DNA of 63,484 nt, counting the filler, from Nemertoderma westbladi (Eukaryota; Animalia; Xenacoelomorpha), in assembly GCA_032718475.1 (NCBI GenBank). It is 3 parts of 3 records of this genome, joined end to end, with 100 filler letters (N's around TTAATTAATTAA, not from the genome) between each part and the next. Parts side by side here need not be neighbours in the genome. Positions count along the whole stretch, not along the records: positions 1 to 30,075 come from JAUCBJ010004861.1; 2 more parts are not named here. One strand, written 5' to 3'. A program made the translations under genes and the position numbers. The notes under the pieces were generated by a model. It saw nothing but the letters and a program-made list of their open reading frames with translations. It ran no database searches and had not been told where the DNA came from. Each line of letters starts with the position of its first letter. Positions within the stretch are counted from its first letter, which is position 1. Positions 1 to 11,402 of the stretch are shown piece by piece.

Positions 1-41
1 ACAATGTGTTGGCAAGCTGTATTTTTCGAGGTGTTTGTTAT
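1..41 (-). repeat. Inverted partial copy of the 412-bp unit (runs off the window edge)
   Basis: 1-41 is the exact reverse complement of 283-323 (ataacaaacacctcgaaaaatacagcttgccaacacattgt). Confidence 0.95.
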
Positions 42-94
42 CCGACACCACGCTGATGAGACCCAGTAAGGTCGAAACGCGTACGTGGTTTGGA
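41..94 (+). ncRNA. Type I hammerhead ribozyme, copy 1
   Basis: Helix I accacg/cgtggt (extendable by tccga/ttgga around a bulged C), core CTGATGA, helix II gacc-[cagtaa]-ggtc, GAAA, palindromic helix III acgcgt, GUA cleavage triplet (cut after 83). Confidence 0.93.
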
Positions 95-395
95 GAGATA
101 TGAGATATTAATTTCAAGAAAAATTACGCGATTCCTAAATTTGTACACTACCCGGTTAAAAAGTACGCATGTGATGGGATTAGTCCTACAATTGCGCCAA
201 TAAAAGATAAGTTATTTTCGGTAAAATAAACATATCATTCGAGGTTAAGACCCCTAGATCCCTTCTTATAATAAAATGTATAATAACAAACACCTCGAAA
301 AATACAGCTTGCCAACACATTGTTACTATCAATAATCAAAAATCAGGGGCTAATAAAATGGCAGCTGTCTTTGAAATTAATACTCCATATCTCAA

Positions 396-455
396 GAACC
401 TGTGGCCTAGTGGTTGTAGTCTCGGCTTCCGCCTCGAGGTCCCAGGTTCGAATCC
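396..455 (+). promoter_or_regulatory. tRNA-derived internal Pol III promoter (A and B boxes); repeated in each full unit (also about 808, 1220, 1632, 2041, 2453)
   Basis: A box TGGCCTAGTGG at 403-413 and B box GGTTCGAATCC at 445-455, with tRNA-like spacing and a residual anticodon-like arm ctcgg-cttccgcc-tcgag. The acceptor and T stems are not intact. Confidence 0.85.
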
Positions 456-506
456 GACACCACGCTGATGAGACCCAGTAAGGTCGAAACGCGTACGTGG
501 TTTGGA
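453..506 (+). ncRNA. Type I hammerhead ribozyme, copy 2
   Basis: Identical to copy 1; predicted cut after 495. Confidence 0.93.
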
Positions 507-864
507 GAGATATGAGATATTAATTTCAAGAAAAATTACGCGATTCCTAAATTTGTACACTACCCGGTTAAAAAGTACGCATGTGATGGGATTAGTCCTA
601 CAATTGCGCCAATAAAAGATAAGTTATTTTCGGTAAAATAAACTTATCATTCGAGGTTAAGACCCCTAGATCCCTTCTTATAATAAAATGTATAATAACA
701 AACACCTCGAAAAATACAGCTTGCCAACACATTGTTACTATCAATAATCAAAAATCAGGGGCTAATAAAATGGCAGCTGTCTTTGAAATTAATACTCCAT
801 ATCTCAAGAACCTGTGGCCTAGTGGTTGTAGTCTCGGCTTCCGCCTCGAGGTCCCAGGTTCGAA

Positions 865-918
865 TCCGACACCACGCTGATGAGACCCAGTAAGGTCGAA
901 ACGCGTACGTGGTTTGGA
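865..918 (+). ncRNA. Type I hammerhead ribozyme, copy 3
   Basis: Identical to copy 1. Confidence 0.93.
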
Positions 919-1276
919 GAGATATGAGATATTAATTTCAAGAAAAATTACGCGATTCCTAAATTTGTACACTACCCGGTTAAAAAGTACGCATGTGATG
1001 GGATTAGTCCTACAATTGCGCCAATAAAAGATAAGTTATTTTCGGTAAAATAAACTTATCATTCGAGGTTAAGACCCCTAGATCCCTTCTTATAATAAAA
1101 TGTATAATAACAAACACCTCGAAAAATACAGCTTGCCAACACATTGTTACTATCAATAATCAAAAATCAGGGGCTAATAAAATGGCAGCTGTCTTTGAAA
1201 TTAATACTCCATATCTCAAGAACCTGTGGCCTAGTGGTTGTAGTCTCGGCTTCCGCCTCGAGGTCCCAGGTTCGAA

Positions 1277-1330
1277 TCCGACACCACGCTGATGAGACCC
1301 AGTAAGGTCGAAACGCGTACGTGGTTTGGA
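1277..1330 (+). ncRNA. Type I hammerhead ribozyme, copy 4
   Basis: Identical to copy 1. Confidence 0.93.
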
Positions 1331-1688
1331 GAGATATGAGATATTAATTTCAAGAAAAATTACGCGATTCCTAAATTTGTACACTACCCGGTTAAAAAGT
1401 ACGCATGTGATGGGATTAGTCCTACAATTGCGCCAATAAAAGATAAGTTATTTTCGGTAAAATAAACTTATCATTCGAGGTTAAGACCCCTAGATCCCTT
1501 CTTATAATAAAATGTATAATAACAAACACCTCGAAAAATACAGCTTGCCAACACATTGTTACTATCAATAATCAAAAATCAGGGGCTAATAAAATGGCAG
1601 CTGTCTTTGAAATTAATACTCCATATCTCAAGAACCTGTGGCCTAGTGGTTGTAGTCTCGGCTTCCGCCTCGAGGTCCCAGGTTCGAA

Positions 1689-1742
1689 TCCGACACCACG
1701 CTGATGAGACCCAGTAAGGTCGAAACGCGTACGTGGTTTGGA
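1689..1742 (+). ncRNA. Type I hammerhead ribozyme, copy 5
   Basis: Identical to copy 1. Confidence 0.93.
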
Positions 1743-2097
1743 GAGATATGAGATATTAATTTCAAGAAAAATTACGCGATTCCTAAATTTGTACACTACC
1801 CGGTTAAAAAGTACGCATGTGATGGGATTAGTCCTACAATTGCGCCAATAAAAGATAAGTTATTTTCGGTAAAATAAACTTATCATTCGAGGTTAAGACC
1901 CCTAGATCCCTTATAATAAAATGTATAATAACAAACACCTCGAAAAATACAGCTTGCCAACACATTGTTACTATCAATAATCAAAAATCAGGGGCTAATA
2001 AAATGGCAGCTGTCTTTGAAATTAATACTCCATATCTCAAGAACCTGTGGCCTAGTGGTTGTAGTCTCGGCTTCCGCCTCGAGGTCCCAGGTTCGAA

Positions 2098-2151
2098 TCC
2101 GACACCACGCTGATGAGACCCAGTAAGGTCGAAACGCGTACGTGGTTTGGA
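2098..2151 (+). ncRNA. Type I hammerhead ribozyme, copy 6
   Basis: Identical to copy 1. Confidence 0.93.
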
Positions 2152-2509
2152 GAGATATGAGATATTAATTTCAAGAAAAATTACGCGATTCCTAAATTTG
2201 TACACTACCCGGTTAAAAAGTACGCATGTGATGGGATTAGTCCTACAATTGCGCCAATAAAAGATAAGTTATTTTCGGTAAAATAAACTTATCATTCGAG
2301 GTTAAGACCCCTAGATCCCTTCTTATAATAAAATGTATAATAACAAACACCTCGAAAAATACAGCTTGCCAACACATTGTTACTATCAATAATCAAAAAT
2401 CAGGGGCTAATAAAATGGCAGCTGTCTTTGAAATTAATACTCCATATCTCAAGAACCTGTGGCCTAGTGGTTGTAGTCTCGGCTTCCGCCTCGAGGTCCC
2501 AGGTTCGAA

Positions 2510-2563
2510 TCCGACACCACGCTGATGAGACCCAGTAAGGTCGAAACGCGTACGTGGTTTGGA
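2510..2563 (+). ncRNA. Type I hammerhead ribozyme, copy 7
   Basis: Identical to copy 1. Confidence 0.93.
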
Positions 2564-2819
2564 GAGATATGAGATATTAATTTCAAGAAAAATTACGCGA
2601 TTCCTAAATTTGTACACTACCCGGTTAAAAAGTACGCATGTGATGGGATTAGTCCTACAATTGCGCCAATAAAAGATAAGTTATTTTCGGTAAAATAAAC
2701 TTATCATTCGAGGTTAAGACCCCTAGATCCCTTCTTATAATAAAACAGCTTACATACAGGCAGACGATACTTTAAAATGATATGCTTTATTGAGTGTGGC
2801 TTATGTATTGTAGTAGACT

Positions 2820-2985
2820 TATCAGCTGAAGACCTCCGAATACGAAAGGGCAATACATTGTCTACAATTAATGAGCTATCGAGGGATCACACCGCTCGCG
2901 ATGGCGTTAAATTTATTCCGTGCAGCAGCGATTCCTGTTGGGCTCTTCTTACTGTAGAAGTCACCAGATCCCTTAATGGTACCAG
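2820..2985 (+). mobile_element. Degraded RTE-group LINE fragment
   Basis: Encodes EDLRIRKG...CWALLTVE, matching the RT region of the copies at 7244-8708 and 50038-50588. Confidence 0.65.
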
Positions 2986-3150
2986 TAGGTAAACCACACC
3001 CGCATCATTGAATCATCAGGTTGTTAAATTAAACCTTATATTATAAAGGATGTGTTTGTGTATGTATAATGTAATTACATTATTATTATTATTAAAAATA
3101 AATTAACATATTGCCAATATTAAATTTTAACCTTCTTAATAGTTTACGAG

Positions 3151-3728
3151 AAGGATGTTTTACGTTACGGTATTACGTTACGTTACGGTTGAAAAACTGA
3201 ACTTTTTACGTTACGATATTACATTACGGAATAATTTCTAAATTACGTTACGTTACTGAATTCCGAAAAAAATACTTGCGTATTACCGAAAATACCGTAA
3301 CGTAATAACCGGTTGATATTGCCATAGGACCACAAAGAGATGTTTAAAGTTTCATCATATTTTTGTCTAAACATCGGAAAACTATAGTTTCAATGTTTTG
3401 AAATTGCAAATTAATTTAATTTTATTAATTAATTCCCCGATTTATTAATCATTATTCTGTATTCCTGTGAAGAAACAAGACACACGGTACCGGTACTAAC
3501 GGTATTCCAGTTTCTCCCTTAACTCCGGTATAAAACGTTATTATTATTTTCCATATAATAAATTATGAATCTATTAATCTTGAAATTAACTCAGAAACTT
3601 TGGGAGTTGAAACTCAGGACGAGAATTATTGTGTTCTAGAACTCTGTATTTAGTCGCCTTCAGATTGGTCAAATTTTAAGTGTTGCTGGAACTCTAAACA
3701 GATTAATTTATCGAGTCCTCTAACTATT
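3151..3728 (+). mobile_element. Truncated copy (left half) of the hAT-like non-autonomous element at 14772-15936
   Basis: Starts aaggatgttttacgttacg and is collinear with about 14773-15400. Confidence 0.8.
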
Positions 3729-3880
3729 ACACCATGTCCCGTAATATATAGTGTCATTTTAGGATGACATGGACCCCCCCCCCCCCCCCCCCCACAGATT
3801 TTTCTACAAATCGTTATCATAATGCTTGAAATTTGAATCACAACTAGTTCCACTCACCGTCGATGACCCCATGTAGCCGG

Positions 3881-4773
3881 AATTTTCGATTTTGCCTTAA
3901 TTCTTTTTATAAGCGTTTTAAAAAAGTGTCTTTTGCGAAATCGTACCCTCTGTATCATTGCCATTCTTCACATTAGTCGTATTTTTGTCATATCATTAGA
4001 AAGCTTGCGTTGTAAGGATTCTAAATATGCAACAATATCTGAATTTCGTTGAGAAACAGCTGAGATATAGGCGTTCAAAGATTGCAAGAATTATCGATCA
4101 CTGAAGGCCATTTATTCGATGTAATAAATACACAATATTCTGGAACAATGTACCAACTCATAAAATAAAGTCCCAAATCTAGCAGGCTAGAAGAAGAGCG
4201 AAACGAGGCGCGGAAAGTTCTACTGCGATACTGAAATCAAACGAGGATGTTATGAGGGATGATGACTGATGAGGTGTTGGAACTGCGACGGGGAGGTTGT
4301 TAACGAAACTGACATAGAGGCCAAGGTTCATTGCCAGGCTATTCGGTAGAGGAGTCGTGAAACCATTACCTCGATAAAATACAACCTCTCTTACCTGCCA
4401 CTGTAGGGTGCATGCAGAGTAAATGTTGATATACTGTTACATCTTTAATCATACTATTACGTGCTATATTTAATTATTTTGATAATACTCATAAAATTAA
4501 TAACACGTTCTAGAATTTTGTGTATTTATTAAATAGAATAAATGGCCTGCATCGAACGATAATTCTTGCAATATTTCAACGCCTATATCTCAGTTGTTTA
4601 TTAACGAAATTCAGATGTTGTTACATATTTGGAATCCTTGCAGCGAAGCTTTCTATTGATATGAAAAAATTACGACTAATGTGAAGAATGTCCAAGATAC
4701 GCAGGGTGCGATTTCGCAAAAGACACTTTTTTAAAACGCTTATAAAAAGAATTTAAAGGCAAAATCGAAAATT
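3881..4773. mobile_element. Non-autonomous foldback/MITE-like element with about 270-bp inverted arms
   Basis: 3881-4150 is an imperfect reverse complement of 4503-4773 (aattttcgattttgcc.../...ggcaaaatcgaaaatt). No coding capacity and no clear TSD. Confidence 0.8.
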
Positions 4774-5904
4774 TCAAAGTGGTATATTGGGCAATTATTG
4801 TATTGGGCAAGTCACCTCATCTATTGGGCAAATCACAGGTAATCGTTATGTGGGGCGAGCCACGAAGTGAGTGAGCCTTAGGGTAGTGGTACCATTAATC
4901 AACCTGTCGTTCTGTCGCGTTCAATTTTAAACGTTAATAACTCGGCCTATCTTTGATGAAATCTATCCAAACTTGGTACACATGTTGTTTGGCAAAAGTT
5001 TAGAAATTTTCCAAGTAGAATTTCCGTGTGGCCTTCGAGAAGCTAAGATAATAGCAGTTAATTAGTTAATTAAGTTGATTACTGTAAAAACACCATTTTC
5101 AACCTGCCTTTTAAAGGAAATTAATTGTTTTACAGTATAAGATTTAAATAATTATACTTAAAAATTATACAGATGTAATCCACATACGCCATTCTGTTAT
5201 AGTTTTTAATTAGTTCAAGTGATTTGCTTTAATAATTGTGTCTTTAATTGATCTAAAGTAATTAAAACGGCGTAAAAAATTGATTCTCATTAAATACTGC
5301 TCATTTATTGGCCAACATGCTGGTACATAGATGGAAGGATGTGTCTTAAGCCAGCCAGTTGCTGGGAATGATTATTGGTCAAGTCTCTGCTGGTGTGGAG
5401 CTAGCTGGGAGTTGTGGCTGTAGACTAACCAGAGAGGAATTGTAATAGGCAACCAGTATTGCTATTCCAGCCCAGACAGCATTCTTTAAATCCAACATCC
5501 CAACATTGACTCTACTATAAGTGTTGTATTGCTATCTCAGGTAAAGGACAGATATAATAACATAAATACCATCCATGGCATGGCTGTTGTAGGCTTCTGA
5601 AATAGTTTATTCCACAATGTATACTGTATGTCTGGTTATTTTTTAATTGAATTTTTGCAAAGTAGTAAAATTAATGTTCTTAAAAATAATATTATTATTT
5701 TATATGTAACCTAGGAAATTAGCTACATTTTTTCGCTGCAGCTTTAAGAGTGTACATTGATTTAATATTATTTCAATACCCATATTACTACATCGGCATA
5801 AGATGCGTTGGCGTTGTATCACACATCTCCACATATCACACATCTCCACATAGATGTATCAACAGTTACTCGCACAGTTTCGAAACTTCGCATAGTTATA
5901 ACTG

Positions 5905-6196
5905 TATAAAGATCGTCAGTCTGCGTTTAGGAAAAATATTTTATGACAAAACAGGACAAGCGACGAGCGCAACGAGGCATATAATGAAGACGAGTACTGC
6001 GTTGACTAAATTATTATATAAACCACCTGGCTTCACATATTGATCGCATCCCTAGTTATTATTATTATAAAGATCGTCCTAGCCTGCGTTTAAGAAATAT
6101 ATTTAAATACAAAACAGGACGAACGCAAAGAGGCTTATAATGAAAACGAGTACTGCGTTTATTATATTCCTATAAACCACCTGGCTTTGCATATTT
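5905..6196. repeat. Diverged direct duplication (two copies of about 135 bp)
   Basis: tataaagatcgtc...caaaacaggac...gagtactgcgtt...taaaccacctggctt occurs at about 5905 and about 6066. Confidence 0.7.
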
Positions 6197-6914
6197 AACG
6201 TGCGATTGGAAATAAGTTCGTGCTACCCTTCCGTGGGTGGTAGATGTCGCGGTTATGTATTGGTGGTTTGGAAGGGTGGGGGGGGGGGGGCGGAGAGATT
6301 AAAAGGGGTAAACACGTACTGTCACCCTTTCTTTGATTGATTGGTGGTGTGGGTAAATTTCTCAAAACCTGATTTTGTGATACAGTCGCTCAATTTTAAT
6401 TTGTATCTAATAACTGGGCCTCGTGCTGCGCGAAGGCCCCACGAACGTGTTTTCTTAATTAAAGTTAAACGCGGGCAAAGATTGCCTTTGGGGAAGGTTT
6501 ATCACGACCTAACAATATTCACATTTACTTCTATATTCACATTCACAACAATATTCACAATGTAGGAAGATTTTCAATATATCTGTGACGTGAATTTCAT
6601 GGTTTTAAGACCATAAAGTTTTTCGTTCCAATATCATTGATGCCTTTATTTGATTTGTTATTTGCATTTTACTATTTGATTAACTTATTATAATATATTA
6701 ATGCAGTATTCTGTAGCAATTTAATTTTATCAATATTTTACCAGTATGGTTATAAACATGTCATCATCTATTTGCGTTATCGTGGGGGATTGGATTAGGG
6801 GGATATAACCCATCCCTACTATACAAGATGTACATTATTATCATAAACTAAATGTGGTTTTAAACTACTATAACAAAAATTAATAAATAACACTTAACGT
6901 CTGGGTGAATGTCA

Positions 6915-7200
6915 ATCATTGTAGCCATTGCATTGGGGCTGAAACTCAGTGATACGCAGTTCCGGTCGGATAGCTACAGTATTCCCATTCGACTTGGCTG
7001 TCGTGTAACTGAGCCTCGCTCCTGCGCCCGCTGTGAGTGTCCTGGGGCAGCCAATGGGCTCCATGGCCTCTCGTGCCAAAGGAGTGCTGGCCGTTTTCCC
7101 AGACACACCATGATCAACAAAATTGTAAAACGCGCCCTCACGACCTATTACATCCCATCCCATTATTCTGGAGCCCCCAAATCTGTCACTGCGATGATAA
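6915..7200 (+). mobile_element. Fragment of a CRE-like (RLE-type) non-LTR retrotransposon, zinc-knuckle region
   Basis: RLG...C-ARC-EC...GLHGLSCQRSAGRFPRH..IN.IVKRAL...IP, followed by a frameshifted LEP-like motif. This resembles the CCHC region upstream of the restriction-like endonuclease. Confidence 0.7.
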
Positions 7201-7243
7201 AATAATCTGTATCCTCCCGTCTCTGTAACCTCCCGTCTCTGTA

Positions 7244-8708
7244 CTACTAGGATCGGCATGCTGCATTGAAGCTGCATTTTTAAGAATGCTGTGCCGGCTT
7301 ATCGACAAAATTGCACCGCCACAACTCCCTATCACCCATGACATTTGCTAGATCATCCGCATCTTCAAGGCCAGTGTCCTTTAAGATGCGTCTCAAGAAA
7401 GTCATGGGCTGTCCACCATGCTTATTCACTCCATGAGGCTGCCAAAGTACAAGATTATGCACTGGCTGGTCCTCACGGCGAAAGCAATGTCCTGCAAAGC
7501 GGAGGCGATTTTGTTCTAGTGTCAAGCTTGGGGAAACCAATGAGACACCTCCAATGTTATATAGTGTCTGGTTGGAGATGTGTGCATTGAACTTGCCACA
7601 ATGAACCCGGCGTAGCATTCTTGTGAATGTGCCATCCAGAGATTTGGTGTCCTCAGCAGTTAGAGCCCAGCATAGTACTGGAACTACTGGCTGCTCTAAA
7701 TAAAAGGACCTTAAATTTCCGATTAATTCTCGGTGACTTCCAAATCCTGGAAAGCCTATTCAAGGCGGCCCATGCCTTTCCCTTACGTATTCGTAGGTCC
7801 TCGCCTGACTTCCGGATCCATGATCCCAGGTAACAGAAGTCATCCACATGCTCAAGCATACCATATTTTGAGCTTATGCTCATCCGATCAGAGACTTGCT
7901 GATGACTTTCAAAGTTAACTGTCAAAATTTTGGTCTTTATGGAGTTAATAAAAAGACCAACACTAGAAGCAGCATGTTCTAATGAGCTGAGGAGCCGTTG
8001 GGCTCCCTCTAGTGATTCTGAGAGTACTCCTAAGTCATCAGCAAAGTCTAGATCAGTTAGGTACTTGGCAGGATTTCCTAGATTTCTGAAGCCAGTAGGT
8101 GGAGTTATCATCACCCCATCATCATTATGATGATCTAAGGACATGCGTAGAACATAGTCAACAACAATTATGAACAAGAATGGTGCAAGTGTGTCTCCCT
8201 GGAGGACGCCCCATAACACTTCAAATGGTTCTGTGTCACCGTCAACAGTAGACACAAATGTTGTCGAACCATCGTATACTGATCTGATTGCTGCAATAAT
8301 TTCATCAGGAATCCCATATAATGAAAGTATGCTGAACATACGTGAGCGAGAGACTGAATCAAAGGCCTTGAAGAAGTCAACAAAGATAACAGCCAGATGC
8401 CTGTCTTTCTTTTTGATAACTCTTCAATTATCCTTCTAAGTGCCAAAATGGGCTCCATGGTCCCACGACCTTTACGGAACCCATTCTGATTTCCACGGAG
8501 CAGTCTCTCAATGGGATCTCTGATGCGATTTAATAGAATTCTATTGTATAGCTTTGCAGCAATTGAGATCAATGAGATTCCCCGAAAAGAACCATAGAGT
8601 GTTAGGTTGCCCTTCTTGGGAACTGGCACCAACTTATTTGTTTTCATTTCTTGTGGGACTCTTGTTGTACGGTACATGTCTACTATGATGGGATAGATGA
8701 GCTTTAAA
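7244..8708 (-). mobile_element. 5'-truncated RTE-group (RTE/RTE-X-like) LINE with frameshifts
   Basis: RT motifs PKKG, RGISL, QNGFRKGR, GVLQGDTLAPFLF, FADD, YLGS, RLRFAGHC; (TAG)n tail; 11-bp TSD ccgtctctgta at 7233-7243 and 8709-8719. Confidence 0.92.
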
Positions 8709-11402
8709 CCGTCTCTGTAACCTGCTCCTTTCCCCAATCGTTTGAAGGTTAGACGCGGGCAAAGATTGCACCAAACCTAAGCAAAGTATGTCCCTGTGTA
8801 CCTACTGTCTACTACTGTACTGTATGTATTGGTACTCAACGGGAGCCAGTAATATAAATATTATTCATTCTAGAACAGGTATTTAGGAAACAAGGGGTGA
8901 ACCAGAGGTATAAAAGGTGAGTTGATTCTATTGGTTGTCTGGCTAGCTGAAGCTGCTAATGTGCTCGTGATGTGCATGGAAAGGTCTCCCCTTCCATACA
9001 ATGCTAAAACTACAATCAGACAATAATACTGTAATAGTATTATTTTCCGTGGGTGAGTTCCAAACACAGCTTCTTAAGAGTAAATTGCTCATACTAGAGT
9101 AATGTATATAACATACAGTAGGTCATGCGTCGTGCGATCTCGGACATGATAAGTGTAATCCTACCATCATCGTGTCTTATTTTAAGCATTTAAATTCACC
9201 CATTGTGAAGAATACATAATTATTAAATGTTTTATAGAGCTTATTCCTTTATTAAGACCGAAATTGAATTTTAAATGCGAATTTGAACTAGAACGCCATC
9301 AAGATGGCTTTAAACGAACCTGTCTTACACGGACTCAAAGAAACAGATGGGGATTGGAAGATGCAAACCAAGAATGACTTGCATCAACCAAAAAAACTGC
9401 CTCCCATCTAATGTAATACACATTCGCCTAGGCAAACAAATCATATCACAATTACAGTACTACGATGATGTCTGAAATGGTATCCATATCCGCAACCTGA
9501 GAAACGGTCCAAAAGAGCTGTTTATTCTGCGGAGGGGTCTTCTGTATTAGATAAATAAAATAAAGAACACTAATTACAGTATTTATACCTGATACATTCT
9601 CAGTTAGCCTAATAAAAACATCAGAGCAACCAATATAATGTACATGTACAAGCCTCCTATGAAAGCTTGTGAAGTGTTCCCTTAAGTCTACCCAACAGCC
9701 GTTGGTACCCGGCTGGCAGCCACCCTGGTTCAGTTTTCTGGTTTTGTTAGTTTAATCGACAGCTGTTGTAAACGTCCCAGATATACAAAACCTACTAAGC
9801 CTTTACATTACAATTGAGCTTAGCCTGAGTTGATGACAGTATTATAACAATGACAATTACTGAATTAGGCCCTATAGATACATACGATATATAAATGAGG
9901 TACTGCTTGAAATTGCACTAACTGACTGAATAGAGATAGAACTATAATAATATAATAATAATGTAATACGTAACTCAAATTAACAATAAGTAGTGAAATG
10001 TTGTTCAGCTGACAAAGTGTAGCTGTGGGTATTTAATTTCGCGTTCCGTAATGTTGATAATATGCTAATATTTCGAATATCGCACATCGAATCGTTCCCA
10101 ACTTTTTTATTCAACAACTAGATACTAATTGATAAATAGTCGCGTTAAAACTTGTTGCGTACCTGCTTGAGTTTTTGAGATATTGGATGGTTATACACAC
10201 CAACATACACACACATCGTGTTTTTGAACGGCTCAACTCTTGACACAGACAGGTAACTTTACAATTTCCTATATCAGATTCAGATTATGTTCTTGATACA
10301 GAGAGGGCTGTAGCCTGTAGGGGCCTAGCACCTACTGACCTATCTGCCTCTGGCCCTATGCCAGTATGCTGCTATTGAAATTTAATCAATTTCATTTGAT
10401 ATTGACTGATTGATATTGCTGTATTCAGGTATTGCAGTAGGTGGCAGGAGCAGCAGGGCCTACCGCTGCTGTCCTGCTGTCAGACTTCAGGCTGTCAGCA
10501 GGTCCAAGGTCAGTGGGTGTGATTTGGTCAATTTGGTGTGATTTTGGTGTTTAGACGGACCGAACAAATATAATAATCTCAGAATCTGTGGCGAATGTAC
10601 TTCTGTTCACGTTCAGTGTTCAGTAGGCCCTAGGCCTACCGGTGACCGGTACTTGCACTTGACTTGCACTTCACACTTGGAAGGTGGACTGGGCAGCAGT
10701 CTGGTAGTGGGCACGGGCAGGTTTTAACGCATTGCGCTTATTTCAGTAAGGCCCTATTTCCAAAATTTTGCGTTATTCGACTATTATCTGATTACTGGAT
10801 TATTGAGCAAAAACCATGAAATTTCTTGAAGATTATTTTTTATCAACTTGTAGCAGTGTAGTTGTAGATCAGTTCTGCATTTTATTGTCTGATATTTGAA
10901 TAACAAATGACTGTTTATTCATTATTGGGCAGAATTTCATGGCGATTTTTTTAAAAATGAACCCAACTGCCCAATGGCCTGGCCAGGCCATACCTGCATA
11001 CAACCCCTTGAGAGGGTAGAGGGCAGGGGTACTAAGTCATTTAAAATGTAGACCTATACAATATTGGTGGCCATACCTGGCACCTGGGGTGGTATGGCCA
11101 CCCTTTTGTCATCAGTTTGATTATCCCCGAATTACTCAGTGTGTGACTCAACTGATGAGTGATGTGATGACACACCTGCACCGCATACAAACTTACATAG
11201 GCTGATCAGCTGATAGCCCTGCCTACGCCCTACAGTCCTGCAGTCTGAATGTAGAGAGTTAGGTATACGATACGCCAGCAGGCTAAGCTGCTAAGCCTAT
11301 AGTCCGGTACACGGACGCTAGACTAGACCAGACCCTACCTGATTGCTGGATTGTGATTGCCCTACTTCTGTATACTGGTATAACGTATAACTGTATTATT
11401 AA

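Larger units (their letters stand above)
40..2745 (+). repeat. Tandem array of a 412-bp unit (about 6.6 copies), retrozyme-like: tRNA-derived head plus hammerhead ribozyme in each unit
   Basis: Equivalent positions at 41, 453, 865, 1277, 1689, 2098 and 2510 (one unit is 409 bp after a 3-bp deletion near 1910). The array ends at 2745 (...ttataataaaa|cagc). Confidence 0.97.

Noticed and set aside
396-470. Functional tRNA gene array
   Set aside because: A and B boxes are present, but the T stem (ccagg/ccgac) and acceptor stem do not pair, and the 3' part is replaced by the ribozyme.
336-2617. Six identical 74-aa minus-strand ORFs
   Set aside because: They are the antisense reading of the tRNA head and hammerhead, start at GTG and show no protein motif.
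40-2745. CRISPR array
   Set aside because: Whole units are identical, there are no unique spacers or cas genes, and the context is eukaryotic.
4260-4320. Another possible hammerhead (ctgatga ... gaaac)
   Set aside because: No convincing helix II directly after the core and no helix I/III pairing. The CTGATGA hits near 11152 and 28169 also lack a matching GAAA and stems.
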